DNA of 64,000 nucleotides from a bacterium (GTDB taxonomy: Bacteria > UBP6 > JAFGXH01): contig JAMOQH010000157.1 in the NCBI GenBank assembly GCA_027064085.1, forward strand, positions 706-64,705. The letters run 5' to 3'. Positions 28,353 through 38,322 of the stretch are shown here, one piece after another. The position numbers were made by a program, and so were the translations under genes. The first letter of the stretch is position 1, and the number at the start of each line of letters is the position of its first letter. A model generated the notes under the pieces. That model saw only the letters and a list, made by a program, of their open reading frames with translations. It was not told the origin of the DNA and did not search any database.

Positions 28353-29624
28353 TTATTTTTTATTATCTAATTTTAAAACAGTAAGCTTGGTTAAATTAAC
28401 ACCATCAACATCGTTTACTGTAATTTTAACACCATCTTTAATTAATTCATCACCTACTTTCGCAACTCTTCCTAGTTCATTAAAAACCAGTCCACCAATA
28501 GTTTCAAAATCATCTTCAGGTAAATTTATTTCTAATAAATCATTAATTTCACCAATATCTGCCCTACCCTTAATTAATACTTTGCCTATTGCTTTATCTA
28601 AATGAAGAACATCATCTTCTTCTTTATCGTATTCATCTCTAATTTCACCAACAATTTCTTCTAAAATATCTTCAATTGTTACAAGCCCTTCTGTTCCTCC
28701 ATATTCATCAATAACAATAGCCATTTGTAAATGAGATTTTTTCATTTCCCATAATAATTCATTTATTTTTTTATCTTCGGGTATTCTGTATGGCTTTCTC
28801 ATTATTTCTTTAACGGTAATTGTTTCAATATCATTATACTTTTCTAAATAAACTTTAAAAATATCTTTTATGTGTACAATTCCAATTATATTATCCACAG
28901 ATTCTTCAATAATAGGAATTCTACTAAAACCAACACTTGTTGCATATTCCATTGCTTCTTTAATTGTAGTATTTTTATTTAATCTTTCAATATCTACTCT
29001 TGGGGTTAATATTTCAGAAACGGTAATATCCTTAAATTCAACAGCATTAGTAATTATTTCAGAAGCATCTTGATCAAATACTCCATTTTGGCTACTTTTT
29101 TCAAGTTGATATTTAAAATCATCTTCTGTCATATGTAGAATAATAGGAGATTTAAACTTTCTTAATATTGGATATGTAAATATATTTATTAAAACAATAA
29201 ATGGTTTCATTATAAATTCAAATAATTTAATCCACTTATAGTATTTTTTAGCAAGGGTTAAAGAATAATGTGTTGCTAATGATTTTGGAATAATTTCTCC
29301 AAAAATTAAAACAACAAAAGTAACACCAAAAGTTGATACTAAAACAGCATATTCTCTATTTTTAATTAACTCTATTGCTATATATGTTGAAATTGACGCA
29401 GCTGCAATATTAACAATATTATTGCCGAGTAAAATAACTGTTAGAAATTGTTTAGGGTTATTTATTAAATTTAATATTTTTTGTGACCTTTTATCTCCAT
29501 TTTTAGCATCACTTTCTAATCTTATTTTACTTAATGAAATATAAGCAGTCTCTGCCGATGAAAAGAAACTAGATAAAAGGAAAAGAATAAACAAGAGTAT
29601 AAAACTCCCGACTAAATCGTCCAT
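28353..29624 (-). CDS. HlyC/CorC-family transporter (DUF21 + CBS pair + CorC_HlyC; TlyC-like hemolysin)
   Basis: Four N-terminal TM helices (DUF21). CBS-type 'ILTPRVDIERL...' and 'GIVHIKDI'. The C-terminal 'GGLVFNELGRVAKVGDEL' matches the transporter-associated domain. Confidence 0.85.
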   Translation of the reverse strand: MDDLVGSFILLFILFLLSSFFSSAETAYISLSKIRLESDAKNGDKRSQKILNLINNPKQFLTVILLGNNIVNIAAASISTYIAIELIKNREYAVLVSTFGVTFVVLIFGEIIPKSLATHYSLTLAKKYYKWIKLFEFIMKPFIVLINIFTYPILRKFKSPIILHMTEDDFKYQLEKSSQNGVFDQDASEIITNAVEFKDITVSEILTPRVDIERLNKNTTIKEAMEYATSVGFSRIPIIEESVDNIIGIVHIKDIFKVYLEKYNDIETITVKEIMRKPYRIPEDKKINELLWEMKKSHLQMAIVIDEYGGTEGLVTIEDILEEIVGEIRDEYDKEEDDVLHLDKAIGKVLIKGRADIGEINDLLEINLPEDDFETIGGLVFNELGRVAKVGDELIKDGVKITVNDVDGVNLTKLTVLKLDNKK

Positions 29625-29707
29625 TTAAATTTTACCTCCATAATCAATACACCTAAATTGGCATATTATAATTTGTTTAATAGCTTCTATCTTTGTTAAT
29701 ATCATAA

Positions 29708-30829
29708 TTAAAAATAAGGACTTGCCTGAACAGGCTCTAATTCTACATTTGTATTACTTGATGTATCTGTTTTTTTAAAAGAAATGTCCATAGGATCACT
29801 CTTTTCTTCAATATAATCATTTTCAACAATTAATTCTTCCACTGTTGGAGTGATATTATTATTATCATCTCCGTATGTAATAATATCATTGTTACAACTT
29901 TTCATTGCAATCTCTGCTTGCTTAACTTCATTAAATGAGGAATAAACCTTAGCTAGTAATTGTTTTGCTTTACTTAAATTAGATTTCGCAATCGCTTCAT
30001 CTATTGCAACACCATTATCTTCAGCCCTTCTAACATACCCTTTTATTGTCATTACATTACCATTAATACAATCTAATTTAGGTATATTCTTTTCTTTTCT
30101 AGTTTTCTTTAATACTGTATAAGCATTAGATAAAATAGACCTCATCTTTCCAATATATTTATTCGCAGAACTTGTTACTTCTCCTTCATTAAAAGACTTA
30201 AATTTATTTGTTTTGCTTGAATTTTTATTTTCTATAGTTTCAAATTTTGAATTAAAACTTTTTATTTGAGCCATATTTATATTTGTAACAATAGGTAAAT
30301 TTTCTCCGCTTACTTCTAATACTTTATTAGAAGTAAGCTTTAGCTTATTAAATTTATCAAGAACTGATTTAACTGCAATAATTCCTTCTGTAAGAAATAT
30401 TTTTACCTTTTGGGAGTGGTTAGTTAAAACAAAGGAAGTTCCTTTAATTTCTAGTGTAATATATCCACTAGTTATTTCAAAAAGGTTATTTCCAAACTTT
30501 CTTTTAACATTAACTTTAATGTCTCCAGAAATTAATTTTAAAAGTGCAAACCTTTTACTTTTGCTAGCATCGACTACAAATTTTTTAATTGATAATTTTG
30601 TTTTTTTAGCTAATGATATTTCTGTTTCATCATTAAATTTTATTTTTATTTTACCTTTTTTAGTGTCAATTAAATCACTACTATAAATAGAATCACCTTT
30701 ATTTAGTATTTCGTCTCTGCTTGTGGAGCGCACTCTATAAACTTTTCCTTCAACAGATCTGATAACTCCAACTTGCTGTTCAAGCCCTAAAAGACTAAAT
30801 GATAATAGAAAAAATATTATATATTTCAT
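29708..30829 (-). CDS. secreted FecR-domain-like protein
   Basis: Signal peptide present. 'VGVIRSVEGKVYRV...GDSIYSSDLIDTKKGKIKIKFNDETEISLAKKTKLSI...SGDIKVNV...ITSGYITLEIKGTSFVL...VKIFLTEGIIAV' follows the FecR beta-sandwich pattern. Confidence 0.5.
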   Translation of the reverse strand: MKYIIFFLLSFSLLGLEQQVGVIRSVEGKVYRVRSTSRDEILNKGDSIYSSDLIDTKKGKIKIKFNDETEISLAKKTKLSIKKFVVDASKSKRFALLKLISGDIKVNVKRKFGNNLFEITSGYITLEIKGTSFVLTNHSQKVKIFLTEGIIAVKSVLDKFNKLKLTSNKVLEVSGENLPIVTNINMAQIKSFNSKFETIENKNSSKTNKFKSFNEGEVTSSANKYIGKMRSILSNAYTVLKKTRKEKNIPKLDCINGNVMTIKGYVRRAEDNGVAIDEAIAKSNLSKAKQLLAKVYSSFNEVKQAEIAMKSCNNDIITYGDDNNNITPTVEELIVENDYIEEKSDPMDISFKKTDTSSNTNVELEPVQASPYF

Positions 30830-30899
30830 ATTAAACCTCTAAATCTATCTTAGATTATACTTTATAATAACTAAAAAATCAATATTCACAAGTAATTAT

Positions 30900-31667
30900 T
30901 TATATATTCTTAATTTTTTCTAAATCATCTTCTGTAAAATTTAAAAATAAGATAGATTTTTCTTTATTCCATAAAAATAATGAATTGTTATCTTCTATTG
31001 TAAATAAAATGTATTTATTTGTTTCTTCTGTAACTTTTTGTTTTTTAATAAAAACTTTTAATTTATTAATAGAGTCTTGATTTATTTTCAATGGCTCTAT
31101 CGTTGATATAATAATTCCTTTATATTGTGCTTCCCTTTTAATATATTGCTTAAAAAAAGGAAAAGAATTATCATCATTTATAAAAAGTTTTTGATAATTG
31201 GAAATAGAATCTATTTTATTTTTAGGAAGTTTTATTTTAGTATTTGCTACAATTTTTAATTTATTTAAATCACATAATGGCAAACTTACTATGTAAATAT
31301 ACTCATTAGACAAAATTACAACTTTACCTGCTACTTGATAAGCGAATTCAGATTTATCAAATTTGCCGTAACTGCTATCTCTTGCAATTGTAAATTCAGA
31401 ATAAGCATAAAGAGCTGTCTTATATTTATAGCGATAAATCTCTAGATTTTTATCATATTTTGCATTAATAAATTCTGTCATTGCATTATTTTCATTATAT
31501 TTTTGATATAAATTTAACTTTTTGGAGTTGTTTTCAATAATTTCTGATGTTTTATTATATTTATTAATTGTTTTAGGGAATACTCCTTGTATTTTTGCTT
31601 TTTTGTTATTATTACAAGAATATACAAGAACAATTAATAACCCAAATAAAAAAAATCTAAACTTCAT
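30900..31667 (-). CDS. lipoprotein, hypothetical
   Basis: Signal peptide plus lipobox 'LVYSCNNNKK'. 255 aa. Confidence 0.4.
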   Translation of the reverse strand: MKFRFFLFGLLIVLVYSCNNNKKAKIQGVFPKTINKYNKTSEIIENNSKKLNLYQKYNENNAMTEFINAKYDKNLEIYRYKYKTALYAYSEFTIARDSSYGKFDKSEFAYQVAGKVVILSNEYIYIVSLPLCDLNKLKIVANTKIKLPKNKIDSISNYQKLFINDDNSFPFFKQYIKREAQYKGIIISTIEPLKINQDSINKLKVFIKKQKVTEETNKYILFTIEDNNSLFLWNKEKSILFLNFTEDDLEKIKNI

Positions 31668-31691
31668 TTAATTCTCCATTTAATTAATATC

Positions 31692-33329
31692 TTAAGGGCG
31701 AGGTCTGCAATATTTACTAGGATATGGATAAGAAGTATTTTCATAACAATAAAAATTACTACTATAGCAATCACTATCCGTTTCGCAAGTATCCATCCAA
31801 TACATCATCCAAGAATCATTTACATTCATACCTACACACATAACTTCATTAGGATAAGTTGTATTATCAAGAGCTCCTTGCTGAGGACAATCACTTGCCA
31901 CACATATATTGTAATGTTCAAAAGCCATACATGTTCCATTTTGATAATCACAATCAAAATCTGAATTACACTCTATACCAACTGGTTTCAATGAGCTATC
32001 ATATTTACAGTAACCTAAATCATCCCAGTTATTAACAGAAATACACCTGTTGTATTCCTCACATTTAGAATTATTAATATTACCTTCACTTGGCTTGCAA
32101 GCAGGCTCACACCTTTTGGTCGTTTCTGAATTATTATCGTGATCAACACAAATACTACCTTGTAAACAAAGATTATTTTTATTACACAATCTTCCATTTT
32201 CTAAAGTACCTGTTACAGCACAAGCATTATAACTAATTTCATCAAAAGGATAACATGATTTTCCCACTTCTGAACAAGAATTATCAGAGAACATATCACA
32301 GTTTATGTCTTGAGTAACACATAAACCACTATTATTGTCACAAATTTGATAATCTTTACACTCACTATCACTTAAACATTTAGGCCTACATAATTTATCA
32401 TTATTACAAGTAAAATCACTTCTGCAATCTAAAATATTATTACAAGCTTGTAAACAGTATTTACCACTTAAATAATCACCACATTTATAATCATTACAAA
32501 CACTATCATCTGTACATCTTTTAGTACAATAACCATTTTCTATACCGTTTAAAAGACAAATCATATCACTAGGACACTGACTTTGTGTATTACACATAGA
32601 CCCCATAGTAGGAGGCGGTGTACATGCTCCATCTATACACAGATAACCATCTATATCACATATACCAGTAGGATGCTCTGCACTGCATTTGTCAAGTTCA
32701 ACAATACATAATTCACCGGTTTCATCTTTTTTAAATCCTTGTTTACAATCCCATTCACATTTTGTTGTTTCTTCCCAGGCATCATTTACCCAGTTAATTT
32801 CAAACTGGGTAACAATGATTTCTCCATTTTCAGGAATAGTTATATGCCTATCACATTGAACAAGTTTTGTATTTTCCTTACAATTATCATTTTCACAATG
32901 TTGTGTATCTGTGCATTCTATATTACCACATAACTCAAGGCCATCTTTAACACAATTTAAACCAACAGGATGATAGCCACTTGTACAAATACAAATAGCT
33001 TTATCAAAATCATTTAAATCACATGTTCCATTACCACTACAATCAACAGAATTACATTTAGCTTCCTTTAGAGTTTTACAAACTCCATCATAGCATTCCT
33101 TATCTTTTTCTCTGCAATAGCCAAATTTATTTGTTTCAGAACATTCCAAATCGACTTTTTCACATTTATTTTTAACACATTCATACCCTTCAAGACACTT
33201 AACAGAGTCATCACAATAAGCCTTACTTGCTGTTGAAGCAGCACATGATGATAATAATAAAAAGATAAATATTATTATATAGTGGAAATTATTCCTGATT
33301 ATATTACCTAAATTCATAAAAATACCCAA
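31692..33329 (-). CDS. secreted cysteine-rich repeat protein (EGF-like / myxobacterial-type Cys-rich repeats)
   Basis: 545 aa with a signal peptide. Many Cys residues (on the order of 70 by eye) fall in recurring C-x-C-x(n)-C-x-G-x-C units, e.g. 'CEKVDLECSETNKFGYCREKDKECYDGVCK', 'CNSVDCSGNGTCDLNDFDKAICICTSGYHPVGLNC'. Confidence 0.6.
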   Translation of the reverse strand: MGIFMNLGNIIRNNFHYIIIFIFLLLSSCAASTASKAYCDDSVKCLEGYECVKNKCEKVDLECSETNKFGYCREKDKECYDGVCKTLKEAKCNSVDCSGNGTCDLNDFDKAICICTSGYHPVGLNCVKDGLELCGNIECTDTQHCENDNCKENTKLVQCDRHITIPENGEIIVTQFEINWVNDAWEETTKCEWDCKQGFKKDETGELCIVELDKCSAEHPTGICDIDGYLCIDGACTPPPTMGSMCNTQSQCPSDMICLLNGIENGYCTKRCTDDSVCNDYKCGDYLSGKYCLQACNNILDCRSDFTCNNDKLCRPKCLSDSECKDYQICDNNSGLCVTQDINCDMFSDNSCSEVGKSCYPFDEISYNACAVTGTLENGRLCNKNNLCLQGSICVDHDNNSETTKRCEPACKPSEGNINNSKCEEYNRCISVNNWDDLGYCKYDSSLKPVGIECNSDFDCDYQNGTCMAFEHYNICVASDCPQQGALDNTTYPNEVMCVGMNVNDSWMMYWMDTCETDSDCYSSNFYCYENTSYPYPSKYCRPRP

Positions 33330-33393
33330 AAAACAATAAGTTATTATACTACGAATTATACTTTATTTCAAGATAGAGTTTTAAATTATTTAT

Positions 33394-34602
33394 TTATTTT
33401 TTAATATCTTTCACTGCCAATACAGCCATACTTGAGGCCACCTGAATATTGTAGCCCCCTGTATCTCCATCTATATCAAGAACTTCTCCTGCAAAGTATA
33501 GCCCTTTTACAAGTTTACTTTCCATAGTTTTAGGATTTATCTCTTTGATATTAATTCCACCTGCTGTTGCCATACCTGAAGGAGAAATTTTATATATTTT
33601 ATTTTTATATTCTGTTAACATTCTAAGCAAAGATTCTCTCATTTTTTTATTTATATCTGCAATTTTAATATTTTCATCTATATTTATAATATTTAATATT
33701 TTTAGTATAAATCTAGTTGGTAAATTATATTTTTTTAAATAATTTTTTAATAATCTCCTACCGTTTTCTTGTTGTGTGTGTAATAAATCGTCTTTAACTT
33801 CACTTTTACTAAATCCAACAAAGTTAATTTGTAAATAATAGCCTACTTTTGCATACCTAGATATATTTAATATTACCGGCCCTGATAAATTTCTATGTGT
33901 TAATAATAAATCATTTTTTAATGTAGCTATTCTTTTATTATTCTCATTTAAGATTATTATTTCAACATTTTTAAATGAAATACCACTAATATCTTTAAAT
34001 TGATAATTTTCTATGAAAATTGGAGATAATGCTGGCTTAGGCTCAATTATTGTATGCCCAAAATATTTTGCGAATTTATAACCATCTCCCGTACTACCGG
34101 TATGGGGATATGTTATTCCACCTGTTGCAATCAACACATTTTTAGAGTAAAAAACTCCGTTATTTATTATAAAATTATTACTATATTCAATAGATTCAAC
34201 TTTTTGATTTACAAATATATCCACATGGTTTTTTCTGCACAAATCATATAATAAAGAGACTACATCTCCTGCTTTTTTGCTTTCGGGAAATACCTTTCCA
34301 TCATCTCTAATGTATAAATTCAATCCATTATCTTTGTAAAAACTCATGAGGTCAGTCGGAGTAAAATTATATAAAGAATTTCTCAAAAACTTATTGTTTT
34401 TACCATATTTTGTTAAAAATTCACTTATCTCATCAGAATTTGTAATATTACATTGACCCGCACCAGAAATTAGAATCTTTCGTCCTAGCTTACCGTTCTT
34501 TTCAAGAAGAGCAACTTGTAACCCCTTTTCTGCTCCCTTTATTGCCCCTATAAGTCCTGCTACTCCACCACCTATTATAATTAAGTCATATAGTTTATTC
34601 AT
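33394..34602 (-). CDS. HI0933/BaiN-family NAD(P)/FAD-dependent flavoprotein (aminoacetone-oxidase-family FAD-binding enzyme)
   Basis: 'YDLIIIGGGVAGLIGAI' dinucleotide-binding motif. 402 aa. 'GGITYPHTGSTGDGY' and the C-terminal 'GLYFAGEVLDIDGDTGGYNIQVA' are family-typical. Confidence 0.8.
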   Translation of the reverse strand: MNKLYDLIIIGGGVAGLIGAIKGAEKGLQVALLEKNGKLGRKILISGAGQCNITNSDEISEFLTKYGKNNKFLRNSLYNFTPTDLMSFYKDNGLNLYIRDDGKVFPESKKAGDVVSLLYDLCRKNHVDIFVNQKVESIEYSNNFIINNGVFYSKNVLIATGGITYPHTGSTGDGYKFAKYFGHTIIEPKPALSPIFIENYQFKDISGISFKNVEIIILNENNKRIATLKNDLLLTHRNLSGPVILNISRYAKVGYYLQINFVGFSKSEVKDDLLHTQQENGRRLLKNYLKKYNLPTRFILKILNIINIDENIKIADINKKMRESLLRMLTEYKNKIYKISPSGMATAGGINIKEINPKTMESKLVKGLYFAGEVLDIDGDTGGYNIQVASSMAVLAVKDIKK

Positions 34603-34603
34603 C

Positions 34604-35896
34604 TTAAAACATATACTTTAATTCAAAAAAGAATCTACTAAATTCTTCAAGCCGCCCAAATCTTGTACCACTAGCTCCTCTAAAATTTATTACACCTATG
34701 TAAGATTTTAATTGGCTTGATATATTCCAAGAAGCAAACAATAAATTCATCATATTTAAATCTAATAAATCAGCAGAACCTAAAAATTGAAAACTTAACA
34801 TTGGAGTAAATGAATATCTTATTCTGTAAATAGTGCTATATGTATTTATTCTTGATACAAAAATATCATCTCCAAGCATAGGACTCAAACTATCATACTC
34901 TAACTGCCTGTTGTAATTTAATAATCTTGTGTAAGATATTTGTAAAGAAATAGATAAACCATTAGAAAATTCTTTTTCAAAGCCAAATGCTGTTTTTATA
35001 TTTCTATTTTTAATACTAACATCTTTACCAATTTCATCTTCTGTATGATGATATGCTAATTCAAAAAGCCAAACTGTATCAAATAATATTGTTTCAAAAT
35101 CTAAACCCATTACTTGTAGCTTTTTGTATTCTGGAGTAAATGTTGCCACATTCATATCAACAACAACAGAAAAATTTCTATCATATCCTTTAAAATAATT
35201 TAATGAAAAATCAGTATCTTCTCCTACCTCAAATGTAATTTTAGCACCAATTTCAGTATTGGTAATATTTCTTGATGAATGTTTTGCTATTGTTTTAGTT
35301 AGTGGCCCCATTTGATTTGGTAATTCCATTTTATTTATAGGAGCAATTGGAAGAAATACTGTTTCTAATGTTGCAATATCAAAAAGATTAAAATCTAATT
35401 TTAAGGCATCAACAGCAACTCTATAGTTCTCTTTTTCTGCACTCATAGTCATAAAATTCCATGGAGAAATAACATCAAGTGCCCCACCCCATTCAAATTT
35501 TCCCCAAAAAATATACTGACGCCCTAATTTTAAATCAAGGAACCCTCCTATATCTCTAATCCCTATATAACCTTCTTTAAAATAAGTTGTCATGCCATCT
35601 GAATTCAAAGAAGTTGGTTCTTGTTCTAAAATTTTAAAATCATAATCAAATTCTAATATTGTATTAAAATAAATATCTTTAGTTACATCGTTATTAAACC
35701 TTAATTGTAAAGTTAAACCACCTCTATCATATATAAATTTATCTTTTTTTAATTTTTGATTACTCCAATTTATGTCAGACATAGCTCCACTAATATCAGT
35801 ATAATTGTAGTCCTTGATATAACCTGATATTAAATTATTTTCTGCAAATAAATTAACAGTAAATATAAAAAATGCCAAAATAGGTATTATTCTCAT
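34604..35896 (-). CDS. putative outer-membrane beta-barrel protein, hypothetical
   Basis: Signal peptide 'ILAFFIFTVNLFA'. Alternating hydrophobic strands. C-terminal aromatic residue ('...ELKYMF'). 1-bp gap to the flavoprotein gene. Confidence 0.35.
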   Translation of the reverse strand: MRIIPILAFFIFTVNLFAENNLISGYIKDYNYTDISGAMSDINWSNQKLKKDKFIYDRGGLTLQLRFNNDVTKDIYFNTILEFDYDFKILEQEPTSLNSDGMTTYFKEGYIGIRDIGGFLDLKLGRQYIFWGKFEWGGALDVISPWNFMTMSAEKENYRVAVDALKLDFNLFDIATLETVFLPIAPINKMELPNQMGPLTKTIAKHSSRNITNTEIGAKITFEVGEDTDFSLNYFKGYDRNFSVVVDMNVATFTPEYKKLQVMGLDFETILFDTVWLFELAYHHTEDEIGKDVSIKNRNIKTAFGFEKEFSNGLSISLQISYTRLLNYNRQLEYDSLSPMLGDDIFVSRINTYSTIYRIRYSFTPMLSFQFLGSADLLDLNMMNLLFASWNISSQLKSYIGVINFRGASGTRFGRLEEFSRFFFELKYMF

Positions 35897-35908
35897 GATT
35901 TCCTTATT

Positions 35909-36643
35909 TTATAAAGTTTTTAAATATCTTGTTGTAAATATCTTTGAAGAGATTTTCTTTATTTTTATATTTGTTAATATAATTTCAGCCTTAACGCCCT
36001 CATCAAGGTCACTTGTTTCCATTTTAGTAATAAAATTAACATTATTTATCTTTTTTGATTCTAAAACAGTTTGTATTCTTCTTTTTTTGCCATCTTTACC
36101 AAAAAATTCTGTTTTAACAATAATGTTTTTTTTCTTGTTAATATTCAATATAAGTTTTTTATAACCTGTAATTTCTATGGTTTTATCAGATTTAGCAATA
36201 GCTTCAACAGTAACAATACTATTTTCTTCTTTTAATAATTTGTAATTCCATAATTCAACTCTTGGTTTTAACAAATAAAGAGACAAAAAATCTCTTAACA
36301 TAAAATTATCACCATTAGCAGGAACCTTTTTAACTCTTCTTAGTGCTCTTAAATAAATATACCTTTTATCTTTTAGGTTTTTATTACAATGAGCTAAAAA
36401 AGCCATCCCTTTCATGTGAGAAGGAAAAGTAAATATTGCTAAAATTTTTTGTCCATCTTTAGTATCAATAGCTTTGACTGTCATTTTTTTTATTAGGCTT
36501 TCCTTATTTCCTCTTTTTAAATCTAATTGCATATTTGCAGAAAATCCTGTCCAAGACATATTTTTTAAAATATTTTCTATATTTGATTCATAAGAAAATA
36601 ATTGGAGATTAAACATAAAAACAAATAAAATCAAAAACTTCAT
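35909..36643 (-). CDS. LolA-like outer-membrane lipoprotein-sorting family protein
   Basis: 244 aa with a signal peptide. The overall pattern resembles the 'outer membrane lipoprotein-sorting protein' (LolA-fold) family: 'KKMTVKAIDTKDGQKILAIFTFPSHMKGMAFL...RYIYLRALRRVKKV'. Confidence 0.45.
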   Translation of the reverse strand: MKFLILFVFMFNLQLFSYESNIENILKNMSWTGFSANMQLDLKRGNKESLIKKMTVKAIDTKDGQKILAIFTFPSHMKGMAFLAHCNKNLKDKRYIYLRALRRVKKVPANGDNFMLRDFLSLYLLKPRVELWNYKLLKEENSIVTVEAIAKSDKTIEITGYKKLILNINKKKNIIVKTEFFGKDGKKRRIQTVLESKKINNVNFITKMETSDLDEGVKAEIILTNIKIKKISSKIFTTRYLKTL

Positions 36644-36651
36644 AAAATCTC

Positions 36652-37011
36652 CTATTCAAATAATAATTTTTCAACCAAATAAAAATCACTTAAAAAAGCG
36701 ACTATCATAAATATATTCGACCACAAAATTCTATATTTATTCTTTTTTAAAATAAAATACCAAACATTTAGTATAAATGGATACATTAAATTGAGATATT
36801 TAGGCTCATTTAACTTTATGGAAAGAACTGTAAAAATAGTAATTACTAAAAATGACAACACCGAACCCAAAACAGAATATTTTACAGTAGTTTTTATATT
36901 TTTACTTGAAAGAAATAAAACAATAATAGCAACTATTAATAAAACTCCAGTTGTAAGAAGTGCAGGCTTTAAAACAAATTCTTCTATAAGTTTTAGTATA
37001 CTTTTTAACAT
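36652..37011 (-). CDS. small integral membrane protein, hypothetical
   Basis: 119 aa with three predicted TM helices. Gaps are 8 bp to the LolA-like gene and 3 bp to the Cys-rich lipoprotein gene. Confidence 0.35.
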   Translation of the reverse strand: MLKSILKLIEEFVLKPALLTTGVLLIVAIIVLFLSSKNIKTTVKYSVLGSVLSFLVITIFTVLSIKLNEPKYLNLMYPFILNVWYFILKKNKYRILWSNIFMIVAFLSDFYLVEKLLFE

Positions 37012-37014
37012 TTA

Positions 37015-38016
37015 TTAATCAATATCTAGTATTTCAACATTTTCGGTAATATTACTTTCGGGTAAAACTACTGAAAATTTAACTTGAGGGTCAGTATCTT
37101 CTGCCTTAAAACCAGTTCCATCAACATCACCATAAAGCCAAATATAAAAATCACCATTATAATCAGTTGCAAGTTTAAATGTTCCTTCTTTTGTTGGGTC
37201 TAAAGTAAAGGTATATGGAAAAGTAATAGGTCCGTCTATAAAATGAGCATATTTAGGCATTCCCCCATAAGTATCATTATCATAACCAGCAAGACCTATT
37301 CTTTTTATTTCTTTTGAACCTGTGTAATTAACGGTAATATTCATTTCATAAGATTTTGTAGTTGCTTCACATGTTAATTGGTCTTCACTACAAATAGTAC
37401 CTGCCTCACAAGTTCCACAAGTATTACCACCACAACCATCATCGCCACAAACTTTATCTGTACAATCAGGCACACAATTGTCTTCACAAACACCTTCATT
37501 ACATACTTTATTATCTTCACATTTTCCATTTGGATGTTCTTTAGAACATAAATCTTCATTAGTTGTTTGGTCTTTTAATTCAACATTAAATGTTTCATCT
37601 TTAGTTGGAGTAAAATCAGCTCCTAGATAAACCGGGTCTATACTATGAACTTCTAGTTTTCCGTCTGTTGTATCAACATCACCATAAATAACAACTAAAT
37701 ATTTTTTCCCTTTAAATCCTTCTAGTTTAATTTCAACTTCTTTAGAAAAATCAACTCCACCTGTTGTAAGGGCTTCAGTAGGAAAAGAAAGCGCACTTGC
37801 AGGAGAGCCAGCAGGCATTTGATTTTGTACACTTGTTTCATAATCAAAAAAAGCTGCTCTTACTTGTTTAATTTCAGAACTTCCTTTATAGTCTATTTTA
37901 TAAGTTAAGGTATAGCTTTCTTTATCTGTATTTTTTACAATTTTCTCATCTCCACATGCAGAAAACACAAACATTGAGATTAAAGAAAGAGCTAGAATTT
38001 GGTAAATTCTTTTCAT
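37015..38016 (-). CDS. cysteine-rich lipoprotein (EGF-like Cys cluster)
   Basis: Signal peptide plus lipobox 'VFSACGDEK'. Central cluster 'CSKEHPNGKCEDNKVCNEGVCEDNCVPDCTDKVCGDDGCGGNTCGTCEAGTICSEDQLTCE'. Confidence 0.5.
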   Translation of the reverse strand: MKRIYQILALSLISMFVFSACGDEKIVKNTDKESYTLTYKIDYKGSSEIKQVRAAFFDYETSVQNQMPAGSPASALSFPTEALTTGGVDFSKEVEIKLEGFKGKKYLVVIYGDVDTTDGKLEVHSIDPVYLGADFTPTKDETFNVELKDQTTNEDLCSKEHPNGKCEDNKVCNEGVCEDNCVPDCTDKVCGDDGCGGNTCGTCEAGTICSEDQLTCEATTKSYEMNITVNYTGSKEIKRIGLAGYDNDTYGGMPKYAHFIDGPITFPYTFTLDPTKEGTFKLATDYNGDFYIWLYGDVDGTGFKAEDTDPQVKFSVVLPESNITENVEILDID

Positions 38017-38180
38017 TTTTATACTCCTATTTATAATAAAATAAAAAATTTTTGTTATACATAATGTATAAACTATAGTTTTATAGCTTAATTTATAAAA
38101 TTTGTCAATACAAATAAGTTAAAAAAATACTTGTTTATGTTTATTCTTTGTTTTTATTTCTAGTGAATTTTAATTACTGC

Positions 38181-38209
38181 TTGACAATATTTCCTTTCTA
38201 CAATATAGT
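38181..38209 (+). promoter_or_regulatory. sigma-70-like promoter candidate (TTGACA-N17-TATAGT)
   Basis: TTGACA at 38181-38186, a 17-nt spacer, and TATAGT at 38204-38209. It lies about 110 bp upstream of the inositol monophosphatase start. Confidence 0.4.
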
Positions 38210-38322
38210 TTTTATCTGGTATTAAAGGGGGTGACTAAGCTTAAAAATCGTTTATCCAGATTGAAATAGGGATTACACAAAGGCATTCTAAGGGAATATT
38301 TGTGCATAAAAAAAGGAGAAAA

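Noticed and set aside
28387-29073. Two plus-strand ORFs (28387-28605, 28870-29073)
   Set aside because: Antisense within the HlyC/CorC transporter gene. Their Ser/Pro/Thr-rich low-complexity translation is the complement of the Asp/Glu-rich coding strand.
32015-34251. Short ORFs inside or antisense to the Cys-rich protein gene and the flavoprotein gene (32015-32197, 32739-32933, 33545-33742, 34054-34251)
   Set aside because: Embedded in better-supported long ORFs. No motifs.
35895-37559. ORFs 35895-36164(+), 36791-37018(+), 37374-37559(-)
   Set aside because: They overlap the LolA-like, small-membrane and Cys-rich lipoprotein genes. The third is an alternate frame within the Cys-rich cluster region.
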